Assembly (NCBI GenBank): GCA_030586555.1
Contig: JAURAC010000004.1
Span: forward strand, 37,800 to 101,799
Origin: Candidatus Subterrananammoxibius californiae
Lineage (GTDB): Bacteria; Planctomycetota; Brocadiia; Brocadiales; Subterrananammoxibiaceae
Direction: 5' to 3'
Length of the DNA: 64,000 bases
Position numbers and translations under genes: made by a program. The notes beneath the pieces are model-generated. The model searched no databases. It was not told where the DNA came from and worked only from the letters and a program-made list of their open reading frames with translations. This document shows positions 44,944-55,748 of the stretch, in pieces. The first letter of the stretch is position 1, and each line of letters opens with the position of its first letter.

Positions 44944-45211
44944 AGTCAGTTCTCTCTCTTCCAATATTTATTAACCTTGGATGTTTTATAAACCGTATAA
45001 CTCTAAATTCCGTTCCATACTCTTTTCCTATTACCCTTAAAAGCATTTCTTTACCTTCCACTTCGTCAAAATATCTGTTTTGTACTATAACACGTCCTTT
45101 TTTAGAAGGCAATTTTTGTTTCGGGCTTTCAACTACAGATTTAATAAGCTCTTCAGAGATATCTCTTCTATTCGCCTCAAATCTTGCATGGTCAGTTACT
45201 ATAATCTTCAT
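44915..45211 (-). CDS. DUF4258 family small protein (toxin-like)
   Basis: IIVTDHARFEANRRDISEELIKSVVESP matches the DUF4258 N-terminal H-x3-R pattern. The 3' end overlaps the DUF2283 gene. Confidence 0.55.
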   Translation of the reverse strand: MKIIVTDHARFEANRRDISEELIKSVVESPKQKLPSKKGRVIVQNRYFDEVEGKEMLLRVIGKEYGTEFRVIRFIKHPRLINIGRERTDYESNIRPRD

Positions 45212-45229
45212 CTAATGCATTTAGGAAGT

Positions 45230-46303
45230 TTATTCCAGCGTTCTCCTGATAACTTCTTCGGTTACCTTATCGGAGATAATCACCTCGCCAATTTTTGTAG
45301 GTAGAATAAATCTCAGCCTTCCACCTAGGGTCTTTTTATCCAGGTATAATGTGTTTATAATATCATCTGGTTTAATCTCACGATTCTCCGTTGGCATACC
45401 CAGCCTTTTTAGTAATGATATTTGCCGCATGGATACAGTTTCATCTGCCAGACCCATAATTACAGCCATCTTACTTGCGTACGCCATTCCAATTGCCACA
45501 GCCTCGCCGTGCCTGTATTTTTTATATTCTGTAAGCGCCTCAAGGGCATGTCCAATGGTGTGGCCATAATTTAGTATTGCCCTCAGTCCTGCCTCCCTTT
45601 CGTCTTCCTCAACGACCCTTGCCTTTATGTTGCACGATTTTGATATTATTGTTTTCAAGGCATCGTCATTTAGCTCAAGGATTTTGGGAAGGCTCTTTTC
45701 TACATAATCAAAAAGGGATGCATCCCTTATTACGCCATATTTTATAACCTCGACCATACCCGCCAGCAATTCAGCCCTTGGGAGGGTTGAGAGTGTAACC
45801 GTATCAATAAAGACTGCAATGGGTTGATAAAAACTGCCAATCATATTCTTGCCACGAGGGTGATTAACGCCAACCTTTCCTCCAACGCTGCTATCAACCT
45901 GGGCAAGGAGCGACGTTGGTACTTGAACAAAAGGCACACCCCTCATAAACGTGGATGCAGCAAAGCCTGCCACATCACCTACCACACCCCCACCGAGGGC
46001 AATCACAAGGGACTTACGGTCCATCCCATGGTCAAAAAACGCATCGTAAAGCACCTCTACAGTAGAAAGGGTCTTCTTCTCTTCCCCGGGCTCCATAGAC
46101 ACAACCTTAACATCAAACTTGTGTGCTGCAAGACCTTTTGATACAATATCAGCATATAATGCGTTAACATTTTTATCGGTGATAATCAGCGTTTTACAGG
46201 GCTTCGTCAATCTTATAATAAAATCACCGAGCTGACTCAGGATATTTTTCCCAATAGTTATCTGATAGCTTCTCTCACCAAGATTAACAGGTATTTTGTT
46301 CAT
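45230..46303 (-). CDS. aroB: 3-dehydroquinate synthase
   Basis: LGGGVVGDVAGFAASTFMRGVPFVQVPTSLLAQVDSSVGGKVGVN and HTIGHALE motifs. Start set at MNKIPVNLGERSY (ATG 46303, 358 aa); the ORF track extension to 46537 overlaps folC. Confidence 0.9.
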   Translation of the reverse strand: MNKIPVNLGERSYQITIGKNILSQLGDFIIRLTKPCKTLIITDKNVNALYADIVSKGLAAHKFDVKVVSMEPGEEKKTLSTVEVLYDAFFDHGMDRKSLVIALGGGVVGDVAGFAASTFMRGVPFVQVPTSLLAQVDSSVGGKVGVNHPRGKNMIGSFYQPIAVFIDTVTLSTLPRAELLAGMVEVIKYGVIRDASLFDYVEKSLPKILELNDDALKTIISKSCNIKARVVEEDEREAGLRAILNYGHTIGHALEALTEYKKYRHGEAVAIGMAYASKMAVIMGLADETVSMRQISLLKRLGMPTENREIKPDDIINTLYLDKKTLGGRLRFILPTKIGEVIISDKVTEEVIRRTLE

Positions 46304-46360
46304 AATGATGTCAGGATATTGACTTATGTATCTCATGTCAAGCAAAAACCTTGAGGGTGT

Positions 46361-47728
46361 ATGGGGATAACTACCAACTTCTCTTCCTATCAAGAAGCAA
46401 CAACCTTCCTTTTTCAAGCAGTTGACTTCGAGAAGCTGACAAAGTACAAGTACGACATCCCCAATTTTAATCTCGATAGAATGGAACGTCTGCTTGCTTC
46501 TGTAGGAAACCCGCACAAAGGCTTGAAAGCAGTCCATATTGCAGGGACAAAAGGCAAAGGCTCAACTGCTATTATAATTGCGTCTATACTGAAAGAGCTT
46601 GGGCTTTGCACCGGCCTTTTTACATCACCTCATCTTGTCCATCTTGAGGAGAGAATCTGCATTAATGGAGAAATCATTTCACGGGATGAGGTTTGCAGAT
46701 TGCTGGGCGAACTCCGTCCATACATAGAAGAAGAAAGAAGGTTCAATCAAAAACTTTCGCCCACATTTTTTGAGATTATTACGGCGCTGGCATTCCTTTA
46801 TTTCAAGAGAAAAAATGTAGATATAGCCGTTCTTGAGGTAGGCATGGGTGGCCGTCTGGACTCAACAAATGTGGTCCATCCCAATGTCTCCGTTATTACT
46901 AATATTGGCTTTGACCACACAGACAAGCTCGGAACGACGCTCTCACAAATAGCCTTTGAAAAGGCAGGAATAATTAAAGAAGGCATTCCCGTGGTATCCT
47001 CTGAACAACATCCGGAGGCGATGACTGTAATTGAGAAAACATGCAAAGAGAGAAATTCTGAGCTACTGATTTTAGGCAGGGATATAAAGATTTTGAACAG
47101 TTCCCCCTTAACAATGGGCGCTTTTAATGGTATTAAGTGCAACATCAAGACCCATACACACAGTTATAAAAACCTGTTCCTGCCCCTATTGGGAGAACAC
47201 CAGCTCTCAAACTGCGCCGTTGCGCTTGGCGCAATAGACGTCCTCTCAGAACAAGGGCTAATCAAAATACATGAAGGATGCGTACGGCATGCGCTTACAA
47301 CGGTAAGATGCCTTGCAAGGGTGGAGGTTGTATCACGTAAACCCTTAATAATACTTGATGCCGCCCACACAGTTGAATCAATCAAGGCACTGAAGCAGGC
47401 TTTGCAATCAAACTTCAAATTTAATAAATTAATCGTTTTAATGGGCATATCAAAGGATAAAGATATTAACGGCATCCTTGCGGAGATTGTGCCTCTGGCA
47501 GATAGTATAATCTTCACAAGCTCCGACAGCCCCAGGGCAGCAAATCCCCACGAATTGGCAGAAAAAGCAAAGGTCTTATCTAACGTGAAGCATTTGATTG
47601 TCTTTAATAATATAGAAGACGCCTTTAACGAGGCAAAAAGGCTTGCCAGGGAAGACGATTTGATTTGCATCACTGGTTCATTCTACGTAGCGGGGAAGGT
47701 AAAAGAAATTATGGATAAATGCAATTAA
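46361..47728 (+). CDS. folC: Bifunctional folylpolyglutamate synthase / dihydrofolate synthase
   Basis: HIAGTKGKGS P-loop, VLEVGMGGRLDSTNV and ITNIGFDHTDKLG motifs, 455 aa. Confidence 0.9.
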   Translation: MGITTNFSSYQEATTFLFQAVDFEKLTKYKYDIPNFNLDRMERLLASVGNPHKGLKAVHIAGTKGKGSTAIIIASILKELGLCTGLFTSPHLVHLEERICINGEIISRDEVCRLLGELRPYIEEERRFNQKLSPTFFEIITALAFLYFKRKNVDIAVLEVGMGGRLDSTNVVHPNVSVITNIGFDHTDKLGTTLSQIAFEKAGIIKEGIPVVSSEQHPEAMTVIEKTCKERNSELLILGRDIKILNSSPLTMGAFNGIKCNIKTHTHSYKNLFLPLLGEHQLSNCAVALGAIDVLSEQGLIKIHEGCVRHALTTVRCLARVEVVSRKPLIILDAAHTVESIKALKQALQSNFKFNKLIVLMGISKDKDINGILAEIVPLADSIIFTSSDSPRAANPHELAEKAKVLSNVKHLIVFNNIEDAFNEAKRLAREDDLICITGSFYVAGKVKEIMDKCN

Positions 47729-47870
47729 GAAGCAAAAAACTCAAAAAAGTGAGGGACATATTTTTCGGAGGAAATCTTTTATCGAACACAAGAGCGGAAG
47801 AATATCATGCTTTATCTCCTGAGAATTAAAATCGTAGATTTTGTAAGAAGCCTTTTGTCCGGGCATAAAT

Positions 47871-48287
47871 CTACCTTTGATTCTTAGGATAAATTAGCCT
47901 GGCGCCAGAGGCAAGTAATTCTTCTATATCTTCTGGTTCTGCTAAATGAAAATCAAAATGGAACTCTACCGAAGAAAAGTATTTGATTATCTCTATTTCT
48001 TGGTTATAAAGAGCATATCTTGCATTTTTATCATATCTCTGGAGAGATGTCCAAATACAAAAAGTATTCTCTTCTCTTACTAAAAATATTCTATCAACCA
48101 CTTTAGCCTTAGATAATAACCCAGCAATCTTGTCATAAATATCATTAGTTGATACCCAAACAAATTCTATCTCTGAAGTATCTGGGGGATAAAGATTTTT
48201 TACGACAATTTCATATTCTTTTTCTTTTGATTTTGTATCAAACTCTTTAAAATCACTGGTTATATAAGTTTTGGTTTCTAAGGCCAT
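47871..48287 (-). CDS. Hypothetical protein (second gene of an AT-rich two-gene cassette)
   Basis: 138-aa ORF with no recognisable motif. Its ATG lies 1 nt after the stop of the upstream 84-aa ORF. Confidence 0.45.
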   Translation of the reverse strand: MALETKTYITSDFKEFDTKSKEKEYEIVVKNLYPPDTSEIEFVWVSTNDIYDKIAGLLSKAKVVDRIFLVREENTFCIWTSLQRYDKNARYALYNQEIEIIKYFSSVEFHFDFHLAEPEDIEELLASGARLIYPKNQR

Positions 48288-48288
48288 A

Positions 48289-48543
48289 TTAAATTTTCCT
48301 TTTAAGACTTTCTGGAGAAGTTATCGATGTCACATTTGTTGATTGAAATATATATACTGGATTGCCTTCAGCGTCATATTCATCATCAATACGAAAAACT
48401 TTAGTGATAATTAATTTTATTCTTAGAACAGAACCGTCTTCAAGTAAGCAATGATTCCACTGTTCACTTGCCTGATTAATATCTATTGGAGTTGCATCCA
48501 CTTCCCTTCCATCGGGAAGTTTTATTCTAACTTTATTTGACAT
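48289..48543 (-). CDS. Hypothetical protein (first gene of an AT-rich two-gene cassette)
   Basis: 84-aa ORF with no recognisable motif. Confidence 0.45.
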   Translation of the reverse strand: MSNKVRIKLPDGREVDATPIDINQASEQWNHCLLEDGSVLRIKLIITKVFRIDDEYDAEGNPVYIFQSTNVTSITSPESLKRKI

Positions 48544-48598
48544 TTTAGCCCCTTGGTTTTACACTTTATTAAATAACACCTGTATCAGTGCTTTAAAG

Positions 48599-48622
48599 AA
48601 GGTAATGTCTTATAATTCCTGT
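48599..48622. repeat. 24-nt exact repeat; inverted copy of 501..524
   Basis: aaggtaatgtcttataattcctgt, with partial similarity extending ~5 nt on both sides. Confidence 0.8.
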
Positions 48623-48778
48623 GAACAAGAAAATTTTAAAAAACTATAGAGCGTAGCAGTTAAAATTAGTACGGCCTCAAATGTGGCGGCTAACTAATGG
48701 GGGCAAGCTTGTTTATAAACTTCTTTGCATCTTTTGCGCATTAGCTTAGTAACACCACAAGGAAAATAAGTTTTTACC

Positions 48779-49147
48779 CTACTTGCTGCACTCTACAAAA
48801 GCCATTCTCAGGTCGTACATGAGGGACTTAAAATAGTTCTGCTCATCCTTTGTAAGATTACCTTTCGTTTTCTCTTCCAATATATTCAGGATGTCAATTA
48901 AATACTTTGCCTGGTTGATGTCCTTTTCTTTTTGCTTTGTGAGAGGATTCTCTATCAGACCCAGAAGTATATATGACTGCGTGGCGAGTCCTGAAATAAA
49001 GAGTGTAAAATTTGCCTGCGGAATTTGTTTTTTACCCGTTGAAGGCGAGTCCGAAGAACTTGCTTTCAACTCTTCGTCAATTTTTTCTTTTTCCTGTTGA
49101 ATCTGTTTTTTCCAGTCTTCGTCAATCTTTTTTTCTTCTTCTGTCAT
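48779..49147 (-). CDS. DUF1844 domain protein
   Basis: ANFTLFISGLATQSYILLGLIENPLTKQKEKDINQAKYLIDILNILEEKTKGNLTKDEQ matches the DUF1844 pattern as I remember it. Confidence 0.6.
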   Translation of the reverse strand: MTEEEKKIDEDWKKQIQQEKEKIDEELKASSSDSPSTGKKQIPQANFTLFISGLATQSYILLGLIENPLTKQKEKDINQAKYLIDILNILEEKTKGNLTKDEQNYFKSLMYDLRMAFVECSK

Positions 49148-49194
49148 GTGCTATCTCCAAAATTGGTAATGGATAACAGGAAAAAACCTGCGAC

Positions 49195-50869
<1,675 letters not shown>

Positions 50870-50889
<20 letters not shown>

Positions 50890-51673
50890 GTCTCCCGTAT
50901 TTATCTAAAAATCTTTTAAGGTCTTCCTCCGTATCAACTCCCCTGCATTCAAAAGTCGTAATACTCACCTTTATCTTATAGCCATTTGACAGGGCGCGAA
51001 GCTGTTCAAGCCTTTCAATTTCCTCAAGAGGAGAAGGGGGAAGCTTTGTATATTTTAGCAAAAAATCCCGCCTATACGCATATACACCAATATGTCTAAA
51101 AAAGCGATGCGCCATGAGCGATGAGCCATGAGCTAAATATGGAATAGGCGCCCTTGAAAAATAGAGTGCATAATCCTTGTTATCAATTACAACCTTTACC
51201 ACGTTCGGGTCAAGAAGTTCATCCACTGTTTTTATTTCGTTGGCAAGCGTAGCCATAACAGCTTCCTTATCCTTAGAAAGGGCCGAAATAAGGTCTTTAA
51301 TCATCTCGGGATGAATTTCGGGCTCATCCCCCTGAACATTAACAATTATATCCTCGTCCCGATGAGCCGCTACCTCCGCAATGCGGTCAGTGCCAGATTG
51401 ATGAGCAGTAGATGTCATCTCGACATTGTCACAAAAGCCCTTAACCACATCGAATATGCGCTCATCATCCGTTGCGATAATAGGTAAGCTCATCACAGTA
51501 CTTGCCCCTGCAGGCTCTTCATCACCCGCTGCAATGCGTTGCGCTTCTACTACCTTTTCATAAACATGCTCTATAATGTATTTCCCCGTAACCCGTTTCG
51601 CCTCGGGGTGAATAAGTTTACCAGGCAGCCTCGTAGAGCCATACCTTGCAGGTATAATGACAACTGCTCTCAT
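50870..51673 (-). CDS. kdsB: 3-deoxy-manno-octulosonate cytidylyltransferase (CMP-KDO synthetase)
   Basis: VVIIPARYGSTRLPGK, HQSGTDRIAEV, VNVQGDEP and HIGVYAYRRDFL motifs, 267 aa. Confidence 0.9.
51104..51133. repeat. Heptamer tandem repeat, ~4 copies (gcgatgc gccatga gcgatga gccatga), inside the kdsB CDS
   Basis: Read directly. Encodes ...AHGSSLMAHR... just before the conserved HIGVYAY segment. Confidence 0.8.
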
Positions 51674-51750
51674 AAGAACTTATGCTAACAATTATTAAAT
51701 ACAATGTCAACTGCAACTTTCTGTGTACAAAATTATAATTTTTTGCTGCA

Positions 51751-52347
51751 TTATATTTTTTCAAGCATTTCCTGGAGGAGGTCCAAGGGTAAGCCTACGA
51801 CGTTAGAAAAACTGCCTTCGATTTCTTCAACAAATTTGTCGTTGTCTTCCTGGATTGCATACGCCCCTGCCTTTCCCATAGAACCCCCAGAATCAACGTA
51901 TTCTTCTATCTCCGCCTTAGAAATACGGCGCATTTGCACAAATGTTTCCCTATGCCCTTGCAGTTTCCTTCCCGTAACAGTGTCAATTATACAGATGCCG
52001 GTAAAAACGGAATGGCGGGTGCTGCTAAGCTGTGTAAGTATATGAATTGCCTCTGCCCTGTCCTTGGGTTTTCCGATTATATTTCCATTACACAAAACGA
52101 GGGTATCTGCCCCTATTATGATGGCTCGCCCAAAAGATGGCGAGTCTTCGATATTTTTTAATCTCGAAGCAACGGATTTTGCTTTAAGAGATGCAAGGTA
52201 TTCGACTATTTCAGCAGGGGAAAGGTTGGGAGGAATTTCTTCGTCTATTTTAGGTGGGATAACTTTAAATTGGAACCCCAGCGATTTAAGGAGTTCTTTT
52301 CTCCTTGGGGAAGCGGAGGCAAGTACTATCTGTCTTCCCTTGTACAT
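51751..52347 (-). CDS. maf: Maf family nucleoside triphosphate pyrophosphatase
   Basis: IVLASASPRRKELL, GADT and KAGAYAIQ motifs, 198 aa. Confidence 0.9.
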   Translation of the reverse strand: MYKGRQIVLASASPRRKELLKSLGFQFKVIPPKIDEEIPPNLSPAEIVEYLASLKAKSVASRLKNIEDSPSFGRAIIIGADTLVLCNGNIIGKPKDRAEAIHILTQLSSTRHSVFTGICIIDTVTGRKLQGHRETFVQMRRISKAEIEEYVDSGGSMGKAGAYAIQEDNDKFVEEIEGSFSNVVGLPLDLLQEMLEKI

Positions 52348-52383
52348 GGCTACTCAGCTATTAAAAAAATTGGGTTTGATAAA

Positions 52384-52806
52384 TCAAACCCCTACATTCT
52401 TTAGTGCGCTTATAATATCCGTCTGCATCCTTGCCATCTCGTCTCCACGATACTTCTTCTGTCTCCAACCGAATGAGAAGTCATCGTGAGTATGGCGTGG
52501 AATTATGTGAAAGTGGAGATGGGGAACGGTCTGACCAGCACAGGGTCCATTAGTTTGAAAGACATTAAGACCGTCAGCCTTCGTAGCAGCCATTACTGCC
52601 CTTGCTATTGATGGAAGGATTTTTGTCACCCTGCCAAGTTCAACCCCTGGGATATCAAGCAATAGCTCATAATGCCTCTTTGGCACTACTAATGTGTGTC
52701 CAAAGTTAACAGGGTTTATATCAAGAAATGAAATTACATCGCTGTCTTCAAAAATCCTGGCGGCTGGTAATTCTCTGTTTATAATTCTGCAAAAGATGCA
52801 ATCCAC
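52384..52806 (-). CDS. HIT family nucleotide hydrolase
   Basis: CIFCRII...GHTLVVPKRH...VPHLHFHIIPR histidine triad, 140 aa. Confidence 0.9.
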   Translation of the reverse strand: MDCIFCRIINRELPAARIFEDSDVISFLDINPVNFGHTLVVPKRHYELLLDIPGVELGRVTKILPSIARAVMAATKADGLNVFQTNGPCAGQTVPHLHFHIIPRHTHDDFSFGWRQKKYRGDEMARMQTDIISALKNVGV

Positions 52807-52813
52807 GTTTTAT

Positions 52814-52844
52814 GCACGGACAAACAAGTTTGTCCATGCCACCC
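52814..52844. repeat. 31-nt hairpin element gcacggacaaacaagtttgtccatgccaccc
   Basis: Read directly. Lies between the HIT gene start and the rplQ stop. Confidence 0.85.
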
Positions 52845-52852
52845 TTAACGAA

Positions 52853-53443
52853 TTACGCTTGTTTCTTTTCTTCTCCTGTCGAAACCTTTGGTTTCACTTC
52901 GGCTTCTACTCCCGCTTTGGCGGATTCCTCGGTGGGGCTTTCTACTAACTCGAAGATAACCCGTTGTGCATTATCGCCGAGACGGTTCCCTATCATGCGG
53001 AGCTTTCGTTCTTTACCTTCCATCTTATATTCGAGTGCAGGAATCTCCCCAACGGTGCTACCCGTAAGGACGCCGAGCCTTGTTCCAAAGAGTCGTAATA
53101 TTCGTGTATAACCCCCGTTTCTGGTAAGATACCGCCTTGCAACTCCGCCGCTTTCGCGCCAGTTACCCTCTCCAAAGAGTTTTTTTACAACCTCCTTGTT
53201 CTGTAAACTTGAAAGCACTTGTCTGTAATAGTGCACGTATGCTGGAGGGTCTGTTTCCTTTTTAGCTAAGCCCTTTTTTGCAAGTGTGATTATCTTTTCG
53301 GCGAAACTCCTCACTTCCTTAGCCTTTTGAAGTGTCGTGATTATTCTGCCATAATTAAGCAAGCTATTAACGAGATTACGTCTCAACGCTTCTCTGTGAC
53401 TCGAAGTTCTCGATAGATGTCTGCCTCTCTTTCTGTGGCGCAT
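52853..53443 (-). CDS. rplQ: 50S ribosomal protein L17 (long form with an internal insertion and an acidic/Lys-rich tail)
   Basis: MRHRKRGRHLSRTSSHREALRRNL..., ...RNGGYTRIL and RLGDNAQRVIFELV. It is 196 aa, against ~120-130 in most bacteria. Confidence 0.9.
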   Translation of the reverse strand: MRHRKRGRHLSRTSSHREALRRNLVNSLLNYGRIITTLQKAKEVRSFAEKIITLAKKGLAKKETDPPAYVHYYRQVLSSLQNKEVVKKLFGEGNWRESGGVARRYLTRNGGYTRILRLFGTRLGVLTGSTVGEIPALEYKMEGKERKLRMIGNRLGDNAQRVIFELVESPTEESAKAGVEAEVKPKVSTGEEKKQA

Positions 53444-53459
53444 CTTAGACCTTCCCTTC

Positions 53460-54458
53460 CTATCCTACTTTTGAAGTTGTGGCAAAGGATAAAGACCTCT
53501 GTGCAAGCTTCTTCTTGACCTCTTTTAACGTTGTCTTGCCGAAATTCCTTATTTCAAGTAATTCTTCTTCGGTTAGTGAGATAAGGTCGCCGATAGTCTT
53601 TATATTGGCAGCATCCAGACAGTTGGATGCGCGCACAGAGAGGTCAAGTTCTGAAACAGGCAAGTCAATTTTCGGGTCTGGCTCCTTAGCCAAAACCTTT
53701 GCCTTTACTGGCTCAATAGCCGGTTTTATTTCTGCCTTCGGTAGTTCACGGCCTATCTCAAAGTATTGTACAAATGGATTTAAGTGTTTGCGGAGGATTT
53801 TAGCAGCCTCAACCAGTGCCATTTCCGGGGTTACAATTCCATTAGTCCATATCTCCATTATTAACCTGTCATAATTTGTTCTACGGCCAACCCTGGCATC
53901 CTCGGTTTTAAGGCTTACCTTCCGAACGGGAGAAAATATTGAATCAATAGGAATCCTCCCTATTTCTTGCTCCTCAGATTCGTTTTCTTCTGCTGTTATA
54001 TACCCCCTGCCCTTTCTTACATTCATCTCTACCTTAAAATCGGTTTCCTCCGATAGGGTTGCAATGTGGAGGTCGCCATTAAGTATTTCAATGTTGCCAT
54101 CGGTAATGATGTCCTTCGCTTTTATTTCTCCTTTTTTATGAGCCTCTATCTTTATCGTCGTCTCTTTGTCTGCATGTGACTTTACCACCAAATTTTTAAT
54201 ATTAAGTATTACATCGGTAACATCTTCAACTACGCCTGGAATTGTACTGAACTCGTGTTTTATCTTATCAATCTTTACCGATACTACTGCACTACCCTCC
54301 AGAGAAGAAAGCAATACCCTTCTTAAACCGTTTCCAATCGTAACACCGTAACCACGTTCAAATGGCTCTGCGATGAACTTTCCATATATATTAGTTAACG
54401 TCTCCCGTTCAACTGTAATCCTTGATGGAAGTTCGAACCCTCTCCACCTAATTCGCAT
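53460..54458 (-). CDS. rpoA: DNA-directed RNA polymerase subunit alpha
   Basis: GYGVTIGNGLRRVLLSSLEG, and a C-terminal ELDLSVRASNCLDAANIKTIGDL (alpha-CTD HhH). Confidence 0.95.
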   Translation of the reverse strand: MRIRWRGFELPSRITVERETLTNIYGKFIAEPFERGYGVTIGNGLRRVLLSSLEGSAVVSVKIDKIKHEFSTIPGVVEDVTDVILNIKNLVVKSHADKETTIKIEAHKKGEIKAKDIITDGNIEILNGDLHIATLSEETDFKVEMNVRKGRGYITAEENESEEQEIGRIPIDSIFSPVRKVSLKTEDARVGRRTNYDRLIMEIWTNGIVTPEMALVEAAKILRKHLNPFVQYFEIGRELPKAEIKPAIEPVKAKVLAKEPDPKIDLPVSELDLSVRASNCLDAANIKTIGDLISLTEEELLEIRNFGKTTLKEVKKKLAQRSLSFATTSKVG

Positions 54459-54562
54459 AAGCTGGCCTCCCCCCTCATCTGTCGATAAGGGATGTCACAA
54501 CAAAATTAATTTTATATGTTAATCTGCCCATTCCTGCAAGTTTTCTATAACGAGCTTCTTCT

Positions 54563-54577
54563 TCCGCCTGAGGCGGA
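54563..54577. repeat. GC-rich intercistronic hairpin tccgcctgaggcgga
   Basis: Exact 6-bp stem with a 3-nt loop. Member of a family (16465, 57529, 61337, 63979). Confidence 0.7.
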
Positions 54578-54622
54578 CTCAGAATGGCAAGTCTTAAGAG
54601 GAATAGAATTTGTAAACAACCC

Positions 54623-55249
54623 CTACTTGGAACAATGTTCTACAATTAGTTGTTCTTGCGTTTCAATAGAAACGTCTTCCCTTGTTGGGAGTTGCATTAC
54701 ACGACCTTCAAGTGCATCCTCATTTAAATCAAGCCATGACGGTCTGCTCCGTCCTTTGCTTGATTCTACGTGGGTTTTTATAAGGTTAATAGTAGCTTCC
54801 TTATTAACAGGCTTAATGACATCTCCCACCTTTACTATATAGGATGGCACGTTCACTTTCCTATCGTTTACCATAATATGGCCATGACGAATAACCTGGC
54901 GTGCATGCTTGCGTGAAAGTCCAAATGTCAGGTGATATACAATGTTATCAAGCCTTCTTTCCAATAAAAACAGAAGGGTTTCCCCCGTGTTGCCTTTCTT
55001 CTGTTCGGCAGCGTTAAAGTAGGTACGAAACTGCCTTTCTAAAACGCCGTAAAATCTCTTTACCCTTTGTTTTTCCCTGAACTGGGTACCGTATTTTGAT
55101 AGTTTTGTACCTTTCCATGATTGCATACCGGGAGGAAATTTCCTCCTGGTAACAGCACATTTTACAGTATGACACCTGATACCTTTAAGATATAACTTAA
55201 CTCCTTCCCTTCTGCATATCCTGCACGACGCACCTAAGGTTCTTGCCAT
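54623..55249 (-). CDS. rpsD: 30S ribosomal protein S4
   Basis: MARTLGASCRICRREGVKLYLKG... and S4 domain LDNIVYHLTFGLSRKHARQVIRHGHIMVN. Confidence 0.95.
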   Translation of the reverse strand: MARTLGASCRICRREGVKLYLKGIRCHTVKCAVTRRKFPPGMQSWKGTKLSKYGTQFREKQRVKRFYGVLERQFRTYFNAAEQKKGNTGETLLFLLERRLDNIVYHLTFGLSRKHARQVIRHGHIMVNDRKVNVPSYIVKVGDVIKPVNKEATINLIKTHVESSKGRSRPSWLDLNEDALEGRVMQLPTREDVSIETQEQLIVEHCSK

Positions 55250-55302
55250 TATTGTCTTTCCTTTGAATGATTGTTCTATACAGTAACTTTAACCACTTAA
55301 TA

Positions 55303-55332
55303 GCACGGACAAGCGAGTTTGTCCATGCCACC
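55303..55332. repeat. 31-nt hairpin element copy gcacggacaagcgagtttgtccatgccacc
   Basis: Read directly; in the rpsD-rpsK spacer. Confidence 0.85.
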
Positions 55333-55338
55333 AAAACT

Positions 55339-55722
55339 TCATACACGCCTTCTTTTTCGTGGTCTGCAGCCATTATGAGGAAGTGGCGTTACATCCTCAA
55401 TAGCTTTAACGTCAAGCCCTGCCGCCTGAAGCGCTGTTATTGCAGATTCCCTGCCGGAACCAGGTCCTTTGACCTTTATTTCAACCTCCCTGACACCAAG
55501 TTTCTGCGCCTTCTCGGCTGCGCTGGTCGCCGCACGCTGTGCGGCAAAGGGGGTGCTTTTGCGTGAGCCTTTGAAGCCTACCGTTCCAGCGCTTGCCCAG
55601 CAAATTGTTTCTCCAGCCAGGTCGGTAATAGTAATGTAAGTATTATTGAAGGTAGCTTTAATATTGGCAATAGCCTTTGCTACGTTACGTTTGACTTTTT
55701 TCTTGTGAACAGCATTTGTCAT
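55339..55722 (-). CDS. rpsK: 30S ribosomal protein S11
   Basis: [28 protein letters not shown]...[13 protein letters not shown]. Confidence 0.95.
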   Translation of the reverse strand: MTNAVHKKKVKRNVAKAIANIKATFNNTYITITDLAGETICWASAGTVGFKGSRKSTPFAAQRAATSAAEKAQKLGVREVEIKVKGPGSGRESAITALQAAGLDVKAIEDVTPLPHNGCRPRKRRRV

Positions 55723-55748
55723 TAGAGTATTCAGCCTCCCTTCGCTTA

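Noticed and set aside
45230-46537. 435-aa version of aroB overlapping the folC start
   Set aside because: The first 78 codons have no AroB similarity and overlap the divergent folC gene. The ATG at 46303 gives a standard 358-aa AroB.
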